From contig JASGJH010000001.1 in assembly GCA_047601445.1 (NCBI GenBank), positions 9,024,001 through 9,088,000 on the forward strand: a stretch of DNA of 64,000 bases. Reading direction: 5' to 3'. Origin of the DNA: Myxococcales bacterium (GTDB lineage: Bacteria; Myxococcota_A; Polyangia; Polyangiales; DASUME01). Made by a program: the position numbers and the translations under genes. Shown in pieces: positions 29,855 to 41,403 of this stretch (position 1 is the first letter of the stretch; the number at the start of each line of letters is the position of its first letter). Under the pieces are notes generated by a model. That model made no database searches. It saw nothing but the letters and a program-made list of their open reading frames with translations, and was not told the DNA's origin.

Positions 29855-30655
29855 TCAGCGACCTTCAAAGCGCGGGGGCCGTTTTTCGAGGAGCGCTCTC
29901 ACCCCCTCCAGGTGATCGGCCGTGTTCTGTGCGATGCCTTGGTAGGTGGCCGCGGCGTTGAGCGCTTGCTCGAGGGTCATGTGCTGTGCCTGGTATGCTG
30001 CGACTTTGGTGAGGCGCACCGCCAGGGGAGCGTTGTCTGCGATCTGTTTCGCCTTGGCACGCGCCGCCGGCAACACCTCCTGCGCGGGCACCACTTGGTG
30101 CACCAGGCCGATGCGCTCCGCTTCCTCGCTGTCGATGAGACGACCGGTGAGCATCAGCTCCAGCGCGCGCGGAAAGCCCACCACGCGTGAGAGCACGAAG
30201 GCACCGCCGTCTCCGGGCACGAGCCCGAGCTTTACGAACGTGGAACCGAACTGGGCGTCTCGCGAGGCGATGCGCACGTCTCCCATGCACGCGAGGTCGA
30301 GACCCGCGCCGATGGCCGCACCGTTGAGGGCGACCACGATGGGCTTCTCGAAGCGTGCAATGCGGCGCGGGACACGATGGATGCCGTCGAGGTAGCGCTG
30401 TCGCAGTGCGGAGGGCCCACCCTCGAACATACCGGTCTTGTCCAACATGGCCTTCACGTCGCCGCCCGCGCTGAAGGTCTTGCCGGCGCCCGTCAGCACG
30501 ACGCAACGCACGTTGGCATCGGCGTCTGCCGCATCGAAGGCGGCCTCGATGCTGTGGATCATCTCGTTGCTGTAAGCGTTGCGAGCGGACTCGCGATCGA
30601 GCGTGATCTCGGCGATATGTTCCGAGACTTCGTATTTCAGGTCGACGAGCTTCAT
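29855..30655 (-). CDS. Enoyl-CoA hydratase/isomerase (crotonase) family protein
   Basis: FSAGGDV, NGAAIGAG, KLGLVPGDGG, EAERIGLV; ATG 30655 overlaps the MFS stop. Confidence 0.92.
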   Translation of the reverse strand: MKLVDLKYEVSEHIAEITLDRESARNAYSNEMIHSIEAAFDAADADANVRCVVLTGAGKTFSAGGDVKAMLDKTGMFEGGPSALRQRYLDGIHRVPRRIARFEKPIVVALNGAAIGAGLDLACMGDVRIASRDAQFGSTFVKLGLVPGDGGAFVLSRVVGFPRALELMLTGRLIDSEEAERIGLVHQVVPAQEVLPAARAKAKQIADNAPLAVRLTKVAAYQAQHMTLEQALNAAATYQGIAQNTADHLEGVRALLEKRPPRFEGR

Positions 30656-32085
30656 GGCGCGTCGAGCGTACCATCGGCCTCGCGGGTGGTCTCTCCCCCC
30701 GCGTGCTCCCGCCCGGGCGCGCGCTTGAGCAGCTCGTGAGACAGCCAGACCCCGAAGGCGGCCACCGCCGTCCCCACGCCGAAGCTCACCCGGTAGGCGG
30801 ATGCGCTGGCCACACCGCCGCTCGCCTCCACGACCGCGAACATCACGGCCATTCCCAACGCATTCGCGAGATTGGCGGTGAGCGTCATGATGGCCGACAC
30901 CGTGCCGAGCAGCTCGGAGCCGACGCGCTCGGTGACCACCGAGACCGAACCCGGCGCGCACAGGCCCAGACCTACGCCGGCCAATGCCAGGCCCAGCACG
31001 ACCAGCACCTGGTTGGGATGGGCGTCCAGCCAGACGAAGCCGGCGGAGGCGATCAAGATGCAGTAGCCGCCCCACACCACGAGCCGGGCGGCGCCGAAGC
31101 GCGGCGCGAGGTTGCCGGCGAAGGGGCCGGTCAAGCCCATGGCGAGCGGGCGCCAGACGAGGAGCAGCGAGCTCGCGAGCGCGGAGAGGTGCCAGAGCTC
31201 CTTGAAGAGGTAGGGCAGGATCATGAACGCGCCCATGTAACTGAAGGTGAGCGCGACCCGCGCGAGCAGGCTCAGGCTCACCACCGGCTGCTGCAGCAGG
31301 TGGGGCGGCAAGACAGGCAGCGCGGCTCGACGCTCGATGCGCACCGCCCACAGACCGGCGACCAGCGCCGCAGTCAGTGCAGCGGGCACCCAGGTCGTGC
31401 GTCGCTCCGGATGACCCAGCCAGCTCGCAGCAAGGGTCAATGAGAGAGCCGCCGCGCCGATGGCGATGGAGCCGCGCACATCGAAGGGGCCTTCGGTGGG
31501 GATCTTCTTTTCCTCGAAGCCCCACATGGCGGCGGCCAGCGCGGGCAAGCCGAGCAAGACCTGACCAGCGAATAGCCAGCGCCACGAAATCACGTCGAGC
31601 AGGGAGCCGCCAATCAAGACACCCACCAAGGGCGAGATGGCCACCGCGGAGGTCCAATAGCCGATCGGCGTGGCACGCTCTTCGGGAGGAAACAGGTCGG
31701 TGCTGATGGCCAGCGCGGCGGGTACGAGGAGGGCGGTGCCCACCGCCGTGACCACGCGCGCCAGGAGCAGCGGGCCGAGGGATGGTGCGAACGCTGACGC
31801 CGCCATGCCGAGCAGCGAGATGCCGAAGCCACCCACCCAGGCTCGCTTGCGGCCGAGCACGTCGGAAGCGCGCCCGGCGGCTGGCGTGAACAGCGCCACG
31901 ACCAGCATCGGACCGAGCGTGACCCAGTTGGTGGCCGCAGGCTCCGCCTGCAGATCACGCGCGATGTAGGGCAACGCGAGCGTGAGGATGGTCAGCGTGA
32001 TGTTCGAGACGAAGATGCCCCACAGCGAGACCCACAGCGCGAGCCGCGCTGCGCGGGAGACACGTGGGCTGGAAGGGGAAGACAT
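30652..32085 (-). CDS. MFS transporter, DHA2/EmrB-like
   Basis: GRASDVLGRKR motif A, FPPEERA, SWRWLF, about 14 hydrophobic segments. Confidence 0.9.
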   Translation of the reverse strand: MSSPSSPRVSRAARLALWVSLWGIFVSNITLTILTLALPYIARDLQAEPAATNWVTLGPMLVVALFTPAAGRASDVLGRKRAWVGGFGISLLGMAASAFAPSLGPLLLARVVTAVGTALLVPAALAISTDLFPPEERATPIGYWTSAVAISPLVGVLIGGSLLDVISWRWLFAGQVLLGLPALAAAMWGFEEKKIPTEGPFDVRGSIAIGAAALSLTLAASWLGHPERRTTWVPAALTAALVAGLWAVRIERRAALPVLPPHLLQQPVVSLSLLARVALTFSYMGAFMILPYLFKELWHLSALASSLLLVWRPLAMGLTGPFAGNLAPRFGAARLVVWGGYCILIASAGFVWLDAHPNQVLVVLGLALAGVGLGLCAPGSVSVVTERVGSELLGTVSAIMTLTANLANALGMAVMFAVVEASGGVASASAYRVSFGVGTAVAAFGVWLSHELLKRAPGREHAGGETTREADGTLDAP

Positions 32086-32140
32086 CTCGGAAACGGCCAG
32101 CTGCAAGATAGCGTCGGCCGGCCCGCGTGACGAGCGAAGC

Positions 32141-32638
32141 TCAGAGCGTGTTCGGGTTGGTCGTGGGCTCGACGCTGGTGACGCGGACGCTCGAGCCAGG
32201 GCCGAAACGGAGCTGCTTGTCGTCGTGCCTGAAGACGAGGCCCAGGGTCTCATCGCCGAGCTGGTTGACCCGCAGCGTGAACGGATTGGCGGAGAGCAGC
32301 TCGGCCTCGGTCGAGGTCTCACGGCCGGCGCCGTCGCGGGCCATCAAACGCCAGCCCGGACGCAAGTACACGGTGTACTCGCCGGCGGGCAGCTGCGTGA
32401 TCAAGGACTCCCGTGCCCGCACGCCGTCGCGATCCGAGATGGACAGCAGCGCCGAGCCAGTGATCTCGAGATCCACGTTGCGCAGGCGGTAGACGTTGCC
32501 TGCAGCATCCTCGGCGGTCAGCGGCACCCGCAGCGAGCCCGAGAGATCGGGTTCCGCGAAGGAGCTGTCTCCGCTCGGAAGGCTCTCCGTGCAGGCAAAT
32601 AGCGGCAGTGCACACGCGAGGATGTACGCGAGACGCAT
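32141..32638 (-). CDS. Hypothetical lipoprotein
   Basis: Lipobox PLFAC; GGAG SD; beta-sandwich-like LPAGEYTVYL. Confidence 0.75.
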   Translation of the reverse strand: MRLAYILACALPLFACTESLPSGDSSFAEPDLSGSLRVPLTAEDAAGNVYRLRNVDLEITGSALLSISDRDGVRARESLITQLPAGEYTVYLRPGWRLMARDGAGRETSTEAELLSANPFTLRVNQLGDETLGLVFRHDDKQLRFGPGSSVRVTSVEPTTNPNTL

Positions 32639-32810
32639 GGTGGGGAGTCTCCAGACAACGGAGCCTAAACTGTATAGATTTGAAGTAGCAGGTCGGGCAT
32701 GTGCCGCAAAGGCCTACATGCAACTTCTGCGAGATCGAACACCAAGGCTCCGCGCGCGAGCCGTTCGCCCCGCAGACACGCTGGCGTGTTGGAAACGACA
32801 CGCCGAGCCT

Positions 32811-32855
32811 GCGAGGAACACCGGAAAATCTTGTGGATCCCGCGAGGAACACCGG
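32811..32855 (+). repeat. Perfect 14-bp direct repeat GCGAGGAACACCGG, 31-bp period, upstream of alpha-2-macroglobulin
   Basis: Copies at 32811-32824 and 32842-32855. Confidence 0.85.
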
Positions 32856-32872
32856 TTGCTAGGCTCCGGCCC

Positions 32873-35800
32873 ATGGTTCGTGTCGTCTGTGCTTTGTGGC
32901 TCGTCGCGTCGCTCTTCTCCGTCGGCTGCACGCCGCCCCCGACCACCCCGAGCGGAGCGGGCGCGCCCGCCCTGGGGGTGCAGGCGCCCGGCCGCCGCGG
33001 GGTGCCGCAGGGCCCCGTCCAGGTCACCTATTTCGCGCCGCACGGGGACACCGAGGTGCGCGTCCAAGTCAGCGTCGCGTTCGACCGACCGATGGTGGCC
33101 CTGGGCAGCGACGTGGGGGCCGCGGACGTTCTGCAAGTGACGCCGCAGGTGCCTGGTCGAGCGCGCTGGGTAGGTTCCCAGACGGTGGTCTTCGAGCCCG
33201 CCCACGACCTCCCGGGGGCCACTACGTTTCAGGTGCGCGTGCCCAAGGGCTTGCGAGCCCTGGACGGCAACGTGCTCAGCGATGGGCTGGTCTTCGAGTT
33301 CTCGACGCCTCGGCCCAAAGTCGTGAGCACCTCACCCGGAAACGGCGCCGAGCGCGAGCTGCCCGCTCGGGCCTTCGAGCTGTTTTTCAACCAGGCAGTT
33401 TCCCCGGAGGCGGTGCGTCGGGTGGCGAAGCTGACGGTCGAGGCGGGCGACCAGACGCGCGAGGTCGAGTTCAGCGTGAGCCGGCCTAGCAACACGGACC
33501 CCAAACAAATCCGGGTGACTCCGAGCCACAAGCTGCCGCTCGCCGCGGGCGCGCACCTGGTGCTGGGGGCCGAGCTGCTCGGTGAAGAGGGACCGAGCCC
33601 GATGGGGGAAGCGTTCGAGACTAGCTTTCGCGTGTACGGGCCGCTGCAGTTCGCGCCCGGCGACCTCTGTGCAGACTCGGGTGGACGTTGTTCGCCGAGC
33701 GGAGGGACCACCATTCGCTTCACCAATCCCGTGAAGATCAAGGACGCGCTCAAGCAGCTGCGCTTCGATCCACCTTTGCCCGAGCCGCTCAGCGCCTATG
33801 ACGAAGACTACGTCAGCGAGTACGTCTACGTGTCGCAGGAGCTGGCTCCGCTCACCAAGTACACGGTGAAGCTGGAGGGCGACCTGGTAGACGCCTATGG
33901 GAATCACTTCAGCGGTCAGCGCACGCGCGTGCTGAGCACCGGGCCCTTCGAGCCGTGGGCTTATTTCCCGGTGGACGGGGATCTCCTGCAGGCGGGCAAG
34001 GTGCAGCGCATCGGCGTGCGCATGTCGAACCTCGCTGCGCCCAAGCTCAATCTCTACGCGCTGAAGCCAGACGAAATCGACGCCCTCGCGTCGGGGCGCG
34101 AGCTCTTGCCCAAGAGCAAGGCCAAGGTGAGCGCGCTGCCTGCCGTGGGGGGCGACAAGCGGACGCGCGTGGAGATCGATCCGACGCCGGTGTTGAACCA
34201 AGGCAAGGGCGTGTTCCTGGCGGCCGTCACGGACAAGAAGAACCCGTCAGAGCCCTTCGCGCGCACCTTGCTCGCGGTGACGAACCTGGCTCCCACGTTG
34301 AAGTTCGGCCAGCGCGCGGGCGTGGTGTGGGTGACGGATCTCGAGAAGGCGCAGCCTGTGTCGGGCGCCACGGTGCGGCTCTCCGACTGTGGTGCTGTGG
34401 TGGCCACGGGCAGCACCGATTCGAAGGGCATGTGGAACTTCCAGCTCGGCGCTGCGCCGCAGTGCGAGCTGTTCGCGATCGTCGAGAAGGACGGCGACGT
34501 GAGCTTCACGCATCAGTACGCGGGCGTGGGCCCCTGGGATCTCACCAGCCACTCGGGCTACGAAGCCGAGGGCGAACAAAGCGCCTTCGTGTTCACGGAA
34601 CGCGGCGTGTATCGCCCGGGTGAGACCATGCGCTTGAAGGGCATCCTGCGTCGTCACGGCCAGCGCGGGCTTGCGATGAGCACGGGCCAGGTCAGCGTGC
34701 GGGTGGCCGACAGTCAAGATCGCGAGATCGAGCAGATGGACCTCGAGCTCGACGCGTTCGGCAGCTTCTCGCGGGCGATTCGGATCCCCGGCTCGGTCTC
34801 CTTGGGGCCGCTCGCCATCACGGTCACGCAGGGCGAGCAAACCTTTCACACCAGCGCCGAGGTGGCCGAGTTTCGACGCGCGGAGCTCGAGGTCGACGTG
34901 CGCAGCGAGAAGGAGCACGTGATTCGAGGGCAAAAGGCCAAGCTGAAGGTCAACGCGCAGTATCTGTTCGGGGCCCCGGTGGCGCACCAGGCCGTGGTGT
35001 GGAGCGCGCGTCGGGTGGTGCGCGACGCGCGCCCTGCGGGCGAGGCCTACGAGGGCTTCGCGTTCGACGACGAGACGCGCTGGTTCGAGGACACGGTGAG
35101 CCCGGAGAGCACGACGCTGGAGGGCGCCGAGGCCAAGCTCGATGAGCACGGCGAGCTGATGCTCGAGGTCCCTTCACAGATGGAGCTCGAATCGGGCGCG
35201 GCGGGGCTCGAGGTGGAGGCCACGGTGGACGGACTCGGCGGTGCGTCCGCGTCCGGGCGTACGGTGCTGACGGTGACGCCTGCGGCCTTCATGGTGGGGC
35301 TCAGGCCGAGCACCAGCTTGATCACCGCGGACCAAAAGTTCGCGGTGGAGGTCGCGGCGGCCAAGCTGGATGGTGCGCCCGTGTCCAAGGTGGCGCTCGA
35401 GGTGAGCCTCGAGCGGCGCGTGTTCTTCAGTGAGCTCAAGGAGGGGCAGGCAGGGCGCACCGAGCACGCCTACCAGCACCGCGACGAAGTCGTACAGACC
35501 TGCAAGGTCACGACCAAGCAAGGCTTCGGCCGCTGCGAACTCACGCCCAAGGCACCGGGCCTGCACTTCGCCCGCGTGACGGGCCGCGACGCGAAAGGAC
35601 GCGTGGTGAAAGCGGCACTACCGCTCTACGCGTACGGCGCGGGAGAGGCGAGCTGGGAGCCCAGCGAAGGTCCGGTGATCACGCTCAAGGCGGATCGCGA
35701 GCGCTATCAGCTCGGACAGCGCGCGAAGATCTTGGTGGCGTCTCCGTTCGACGAGGCGGAGGCCCTGGTGAGTGTGGAGCGCGAAGGCGTGGTCAGCGTG

Positions 35801-38396
35801 GAGCAGCGGCATCTAGTGGGGAAAGCGGCGACACTCGAGGTCAATGTCGATGAGCGCTTCATCCCCAACGCCTTCGTGACCGTGCTGCTAGTGCGGCCGC
35901 GCGTGGCCTCACGTGGCGAAGACAGCGGCGAGCCTGCGTTTCGCGTGGGCAGCGTGGAGCTCGCCACCGACGTTAGTGAGCATCATTTGTCCGTGAAGGT
36001 GCGGCCGGACGCGCCCGAAAAGCGCCCTGGCGAGACCGTCGAGGTGAACTTCGAGGTGGTCAACGCCAAGGGCAAGGCCGTGCCATCCGAGCTTACGGTG
36101 TTCGCGGTGGACGAGGGCGTGCTCGCGCTCACTGGCTATCGCACGCCCGATCCATTCGACGTGCTGTACGCGCCGCGCGCGCTTTCGGTGTGGACGGCCG
36201 ACGCGCGCGGGCGCCTGGCGCGGGCGGCAGCGGGAGAGGACGACAAGGGAGGCAGCGAGGGCGGCGGTGGCGGGGACGCCATGACCATGCGCAAAGACTT
36301 CGATGCGGTGGCATTCTATGCGCCCGACGTGGTCACCGACGAGGCGGGACGCGCCAAGGTCTCGTTCAAGCTACCCGACAGCCTGACGCGCTACCGCATC
36401 ATGGCCGTGGCGGCTTCACGCGGCGCCGACCTCGGCTCGGGCGAGGCCGCAGTGCGCACCAAGAAGCCCTTGATGCTGCGTCCGGCGCTGCCGCGCGTAG
36501 TGCGCGTGGGAGACAGCTTTTCGGCCGGCGCCGTGCTGCACAACGAGTCGGATCGGGATCTCGAGGTAGAGCTCAAGGCAGAAGTTCAGGGACTGACCAT
36601 GAGCGCACCGAACACCCGCAAGCTCAGCCTGGCCAAGGGGGCCGCCAGCGAGGTGCGCTTTCCGCTGCGCGCAGACGGCCCCGGAGAAGCCAAGCTTCGT
36701 TTCGTGGCCAAGGCGCAGGCGGAGTCCGATGGTCTCGAGCTGACGCGCGCGGTGCTCTTGCCGCTGGCGCTCGAGGCCGTGAGCAGCAGCGGGCACACTG
36801 ACGAGCGTGCGAGCGAAGCCCTGGCGGCGCTCAAGGGCGTGCGCCCCGACGTGGGCGGACTCGAGGTGCGCGTCTCGACCACGGCGCTGGCCACGCTGGA
36901 GGCGCCGGCAAAGGCGCTCTTCGAGTACCCCTACGGCTGCACGGAGCAACTGTCCTCCAAGTTGATCGGTATGTCGGGGCTGGCCCGACTCGAGAAGCGC
37001 GGGGTCCTCGAGAGTCCCGGTCTCGCCAAGCGCGTGGAGCTCGTGTTGGGAGAGCTCGAGCGCCATCAGCGCAGCGACGGTGGCTTCGGACTGTGGTCGA
37101 GCGAGGAGTCTTTCTATTCGCCATCCTTGACCGCCTTCCTCACCTCGTACGCCTTGCTTGCCATGGAGGAGGTCAAGCGCGCCGGGTTCGTGGTGGCTCC
37201 CCACGCCGCGGAAAACGCGCGGCTGTGGCTCTCGCAGTACCTGCGCGGCGACGAGCGTGCGTCCTCGGAGCTCGACCGCGCGAGTGTGGCGTTCGTGGCT
37301 TACGCGTTGGCGCGCACGGGCAACGCCGACGCCTCCTATGCGGGCAAGCTGTTCGAGGACCGCGAGAAGCTCGATTCTGGCTTCTCGGGTGGAGCTTGCC
37401 CACCTATTCAACGTGCTCAAGGATGGCGAGCGCGCGTCCGAGCTGCTCGACGGCGTGTTCGGACGAGTGCGCGTGACGGCCGACGAAGCGCACCTCGAGG
37501 AGAACCTCGGCGATGACTACGAGGCCATCATGACCTCCGATGTACGCGCCACGGCGCAGCTCATTCTGCTGCTGCTGGAGCGCGATCCCAACCACACGCT
37601 CTTGCCGCGGCTCACGCGCTGGCTGTCCAATGCGCGCGAGCTCGATGGTGCTTGGCGCTCCACGCAGGAGAACGCCTGGGGCCTGCTGGCGCTGGCGAAC
37701 TACGTCGACGTGCTCGAGAAAGCCAACCCGGACTTTTCGGTAACGGCGCTGTTCGGGGCTCGAACACTGGGGCAGGCTACGCTCAAGGGCCGCAAGGCAA
37801 GCAAGGCCTTCAACGTGCCGATGCGCGAGCTGCCCCCTGATGGCAGTGCGGTGGAGCTGCGTAAGCAGGGCACGGGCACGCTCTACTACACCATGCGGCT
37901 CGCCTACGCGCGCAGTGACCTACCGCAAGCGCCCGAGGAGCGTGGCTTCTATCTCGAGCGCGTATACGAGCGCATCGACCCGGCGGCGCTGGCGCGCGGG
38001 GAGACCGCGGGAGAGGCCGGCACGCGTGCGCAGCAGGGAGACTACGTGCGGGTCACGCTGCGAGTGGCCGTGCCCGCCACGCGGCGCTTCGTGGTCGTGG
38101 AGGATCCGCTGCCGGCGGGCCTCGAAGCGGTGAACTTCGGGTTGCTCACCGAAGCGCGTGGCGCCGCCGGAGCGCTCTCGCTGCAGCAGGGGCCGGTGGA
38201 TCACTCGGAGCTGCGCGATAGCCAGAGCGTGTTCGCGGCGACGCAGCTCGAGCCCGGGCTCTATCAATACCAGTACCTCGCGCGTGCCAGCACGCCTGGC
38301 AGCTTCGTGGTGCCGCCCGCCAAGGTCTCCGAGATGTACCACCCGGAGACCTTCGGTTCGACGGCAGCGACGCACTTCGAGGTGGAGGCGCCATGA
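32873..38396 (+). CDS. Bacterial alpha-2-macroglobulin lipoprotein with N-terminal Ig-like domains; one-base frameshift near 37375
   Basis: Lipobox FSVGC; FTERGVYRPGE, AVDEGVL, LPDSLTRYR, thioester YPYGCTEQ (36938-36949); STQEN, VEDPLPAGLE, EMYHPE in the shifted frame. Confidence 0.93.
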
Positions 38397-40267
38397 GCAA
38401 GGGTAGGCGGCGCTGGGGGCTGGCGGGGATGGCGGGCCTGGGTGTCCTGGCGCTCTGTGCGCTGGTGCTCGCACTGGCACCGTTGCCCGAGGTGCTCGAG
38501 CCGGGGCGCCGTGCTCTCGTGATCCGCGACGCGCGCGGGGGCGTGTTGCGCGAGCCGGCGTTCGAGGATGGTCTCCGCGCGCGCTGGGTCGCATTCGACG
38601 ACGTTCCACGTGCTGCCATCGACGCCATCGTACAGTCCGAGGATCACCACCTCGGTTGGCATCCGGGCGTGGACCCGCTCGGAATCGCGCGCGCGATGTG
38701 GCTCGATCTGAGGGCAGGGCGAGTAGTGGCCGGCGGTTCGACGTTGGCCATGCAACTCGCGCGCGTGAGCTACGGCTTGCCGCGCACCGCCTGGGGCAAG
38801 CTGCAGCAAGCGTTTCTGGGCATGCAGCTGCAGATGCGTCTGGGGTCCCGCGGGGTGCTTGAGGCCTACGTGAACCTCGTGCCCTTCGGGCGCGACGTGC
38901 GTGGGCTCGCCATGGCGAGCCAGGCGTACCTGGGTAAGCCCTTGCGTGACGCCACCACGGGCGAGCTCGTGGCCCTGGCCTGCTTGGTGCGCGCGCCCAG
39001 CGCCTACGACCCCCATCGCCACGCAGCGCGCTTGTTGGCGCGGCGCCACCACGTGCTCGCACTGATGCACGCCCGCGGTGCGCTCTCGCGGGAGGCGCGC
39101 GACGCCGCCGACGCGGAGCCCCTGCATCTCACGAGCTTTCGCCGCACGTTTCGCGCTCCGCATGCTTCGGCTTTGGCCTTCCTCGAGGCGGAGCGTCGCG
39201 CGGGGAAGAGCCCGAACGACGTCGAGACCACCCTCGATCCCAACCTGCAGCGCATGGCGCAGCGCGCCTGCAAGGAGGCCGTGCGCGAGCTCGAACGGAG
39301 CGCCGTGACGGATTGCGCCGCCGTCGTGTTGCGGGCCTCGAGCGCCGAGGTGCTCGCCCTGGTGGGGTCGCCCGACTTTCACTCGCCGCACGCGGGCCAG
39401 GTCAACGCCGCCCTGGCTCCCAGACAACCCGGCAGTGCGCTCAAGCCCTTCCTCTATGCGCTCGCGTTCGAGCGTGGCCAGAGCCCCGGCGACACCATCC
39501 GCGACGAGGCCATGGCTTTTCCCGCGCAATTCGGCAGCTGGATCCCCGAGAACTACGATCACCGCTTCCACGGCGAAGTGACTCTACGCGAAGCCCTGGC
39601 CAACTCGTACAACGTCCCGGCGGCCAAGTTGGCGCTCGAAATCGGCATCGACGGCTTGCTCGCACGACTGAGGAGCCTGGGCTTCAGCAGCCTCACGAAG
39701 GAGTCCGCCTACTACGGACCCGGGCTCGCACTCGGCGACGGTGAGGTGACCTTGCTCGACCTGGTGTCGGCCTACGGAACGCTCGCGCGCGGCGGCACCT
39801 ACCAGGTTCCGACCCTGATCCGGCGCGCCCGCAGGGGCTCCCACCAACTCGCGCTCTCGTCGCGCCCCGCGCGGCGCGTGTTCTCGCCAGCGGTGACTTA
39901 CCTGGTAGGGCACGTACTACAGGATTGCGCGGCCCGCCGCGCTGCCTTCGGCGAGGGCAGCGTGCTCGAGCTTCCTTTCGCGGCTGCGGTCAAGACCGGA
40001 ACCTCGTCGCGCTACCGCGACAACTGGGCGGTTGGTTACGCCGGCGACGTCGTGGTGGGTGTCTGGGTCGGACGTCACGACGGTGCGCCCATGCTCGGCG
40101 TGTCGGGCGTATCCGGCGCGGGTCCGGCTTTTCGGCGCCTGATGTTGGAGGCGGCAGGACGCACGGCCGCGGAATTTCCAGCGCCTCCGGCGGATGTGGC
40201 GCTGCGGCGCTTCGGCAAGCGTCTCGACCTTGCCCTGCTCGCGGGACCGCTGGCGTCGAACCCCTGA
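38393..40267 (+). CDS. pbpC: Penicillin-binding protein 1C
   Basis: TGase EDHH..HPGVD and GGSTLAMQLAR; TPase SALK, SYN, KTG; ATGA overlap with A2M (canonical pair). Confidence 0.93.
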   Translation: MSKGRRRWGLAGMAGLGVLALCALVLALAPLPEVLEPGRRALVIRDARGGVLREPAFEDGLRARWVAFDDVPRAAIDAIVQSEDHHLGWHPGVDPLGIARAMWLDLRAGRVVAGGSTLAMQLARVSYGLPRTAWGKLQQAFLGMQLQMRLGSRGVLEAYVNLVPFGRDVRGLAMASQAYLGKPLRDATTGELVALACLVRAPSAYDPHRHAARLLARRHHVLALMHARGALSREARDAADAEPLHLTSFRRTFRAPHASALAFLEAERRAGKSPNDVETTLDPNLQRMAQRACKEAVRELERSAVTDCAAVVLRASSAEVLALVGSPDFHSPHAGQVNAALAPRQPGSALKPFLYALAFERGQSPGDTIRDEAMAFPAQFGSWIPENYDHRFHGEVTLREALANSYNVPAAKLALEIGIDGLLARLRSLGFSSLTKESAYYGPGLALGDGEVTLLDLVSAYGTLARGGTYQVPTLIRRARRGSHQLALSSRPARRVFSPAVTYLVGHVLQDCAARRAAFGEGSVLELPFAAAVKTGTSSRYRDNWAVGYAGDVVVGVWVGRHDGAPMLGVSGVSGAGPAFRRLMLEAAGRTAAEFPAPPADVALRRFGKRLDLALLAGPLASNP

Positions 40268-40317
40268 CGTCCGGAGCATTTCGCGAGACGGCGCGCGGCG
40301 GCTATGCTCGGGCCCTC

Positions 40318-41367
40318 ATGCAGTCCCCCCACGACATTGGGCCTCTTTGTGTAGTCACTGGCGGCGCCGGGTTTCTCGGCCGCAGCATCGTGAAATACCT
40401 GCTCGACCAGGGCTATCGCGTGCGCGTATTCGACCGCGCCGGGCATCCCGACCTCGATCCTCGCGCCGAGCTTTTCCTCGGTGACGTGCGGAACCGCGAC
40501 GAAGTGAGACGCGCTTTCGCGGGCGCAGGCACCGTGTTCCACACGGCTTCGATCATCTATCTGGCCGGCGTCGCCAGCGCGAAGACGCGACGTCAGGTGT
40601 TCGACGTCAACGTGGGTGGCACCCAAAACGTGATCGATGCGTGCCTCGAGTGCGGCGTGCCTCGCCTGGTGCACACCAGCACCAACAACGTGGTCTTCGA
40701 TCGCGAGCTCGTCGACAGCGATGAACGCGCGGCCTACGCCAAGCGCTGGATCGATCTCTATACCGAGACCAAGATGCTCTCCGAGCGAGCCGTCCTCGCC
40801 GAGGGGAGGCGCGGCAAGCTGCGCACGTGCGCGCTGCGACCCGGCGGCATCTGGGCGCCCTATGGCGGCGGCGTGATGATCGACAAGGTGCTCGATCAGA
40901 TCGCGCAGGGCACGTTGATCGCGCGCATCGGAGCGGGCGGCCTGGCCGACAACACGCACGTGGAGAACCTGTGCGAAGCGGAGCTCTTGGCGGCCCGCGC
41001 CCTGCTCGAAAAGCCCGAGCTCGTGAGCGGGGAGGCCTACTTCATTACAGACGGGGAACCGATGGATCCGGTGGATTGGTTTGCTCCGCTGGTTGAAGGG
41101 CTCGGCGCCAAGTTGCCCACGCGCCGGCTGCCCGCGTCCGTGATGTACGGCCTCGGCTACGCTTGCGAGTGGGCCGCACGTTGGGGCAAGAAGGCGCCGC
41201 TGCTCACGCGCGTCGAAGTGCTCAAGGTGACGCGACGCCACAGCTTCCGCATCGACAAGGCGCGCGAGCACCTCGGCTACACACCGCGCATCCAGAGCCG
41301 CGAGGGCCTGCTCGAGTGCTTGCCCTACGCACGCGAGTACCTGGCGAAGAAGCGCGCCAGAGGTTGA
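40318..41367 (+). CDS. 3-beta-hydroxysteroid dehydrogenase/isomerase-like extended SDR
   Basis: VTGGAGFLG, VFHTASII, VNVGGTQN, DLYTETK, TCALRPGGIW, GEAYFITDGEP. Confidence 0.88.
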   Translation: MQSPHDIGPLCVVTGGAGFLGRSIVKYLLDQGYRVRVFDRAGHPDLDPRAELFLGDVRNRDEVRRAFAGAGTVFHTASIIYLAGVASAKTRRQVFDVNVGGTQNVIDACLECGVPRLVHTSTNNVVFDRELVDSDERAAYAKRWIDLYTETKMLSERAVLAEGRRGKLRTCALRPGGIWAPYGGGVMIDKVLDQIAQGTLIARIGAGGLADNTHVENLCEAELLAARALLEKPELVSGEAYFITDGEPMDPVDWFAPLVEGLGAKLPTRRLPASVMYGLGYACEWAARWGKKAPLLTRVEVLKVTRRHSFRIDKAREHLGYTPRIQSREGLLECLPYAREYLAKKRARG

Positions 41368-41403
41368 CGGGTGCCCCGCGCCGGCCTGGACTATGGTTGG
41401 CGG

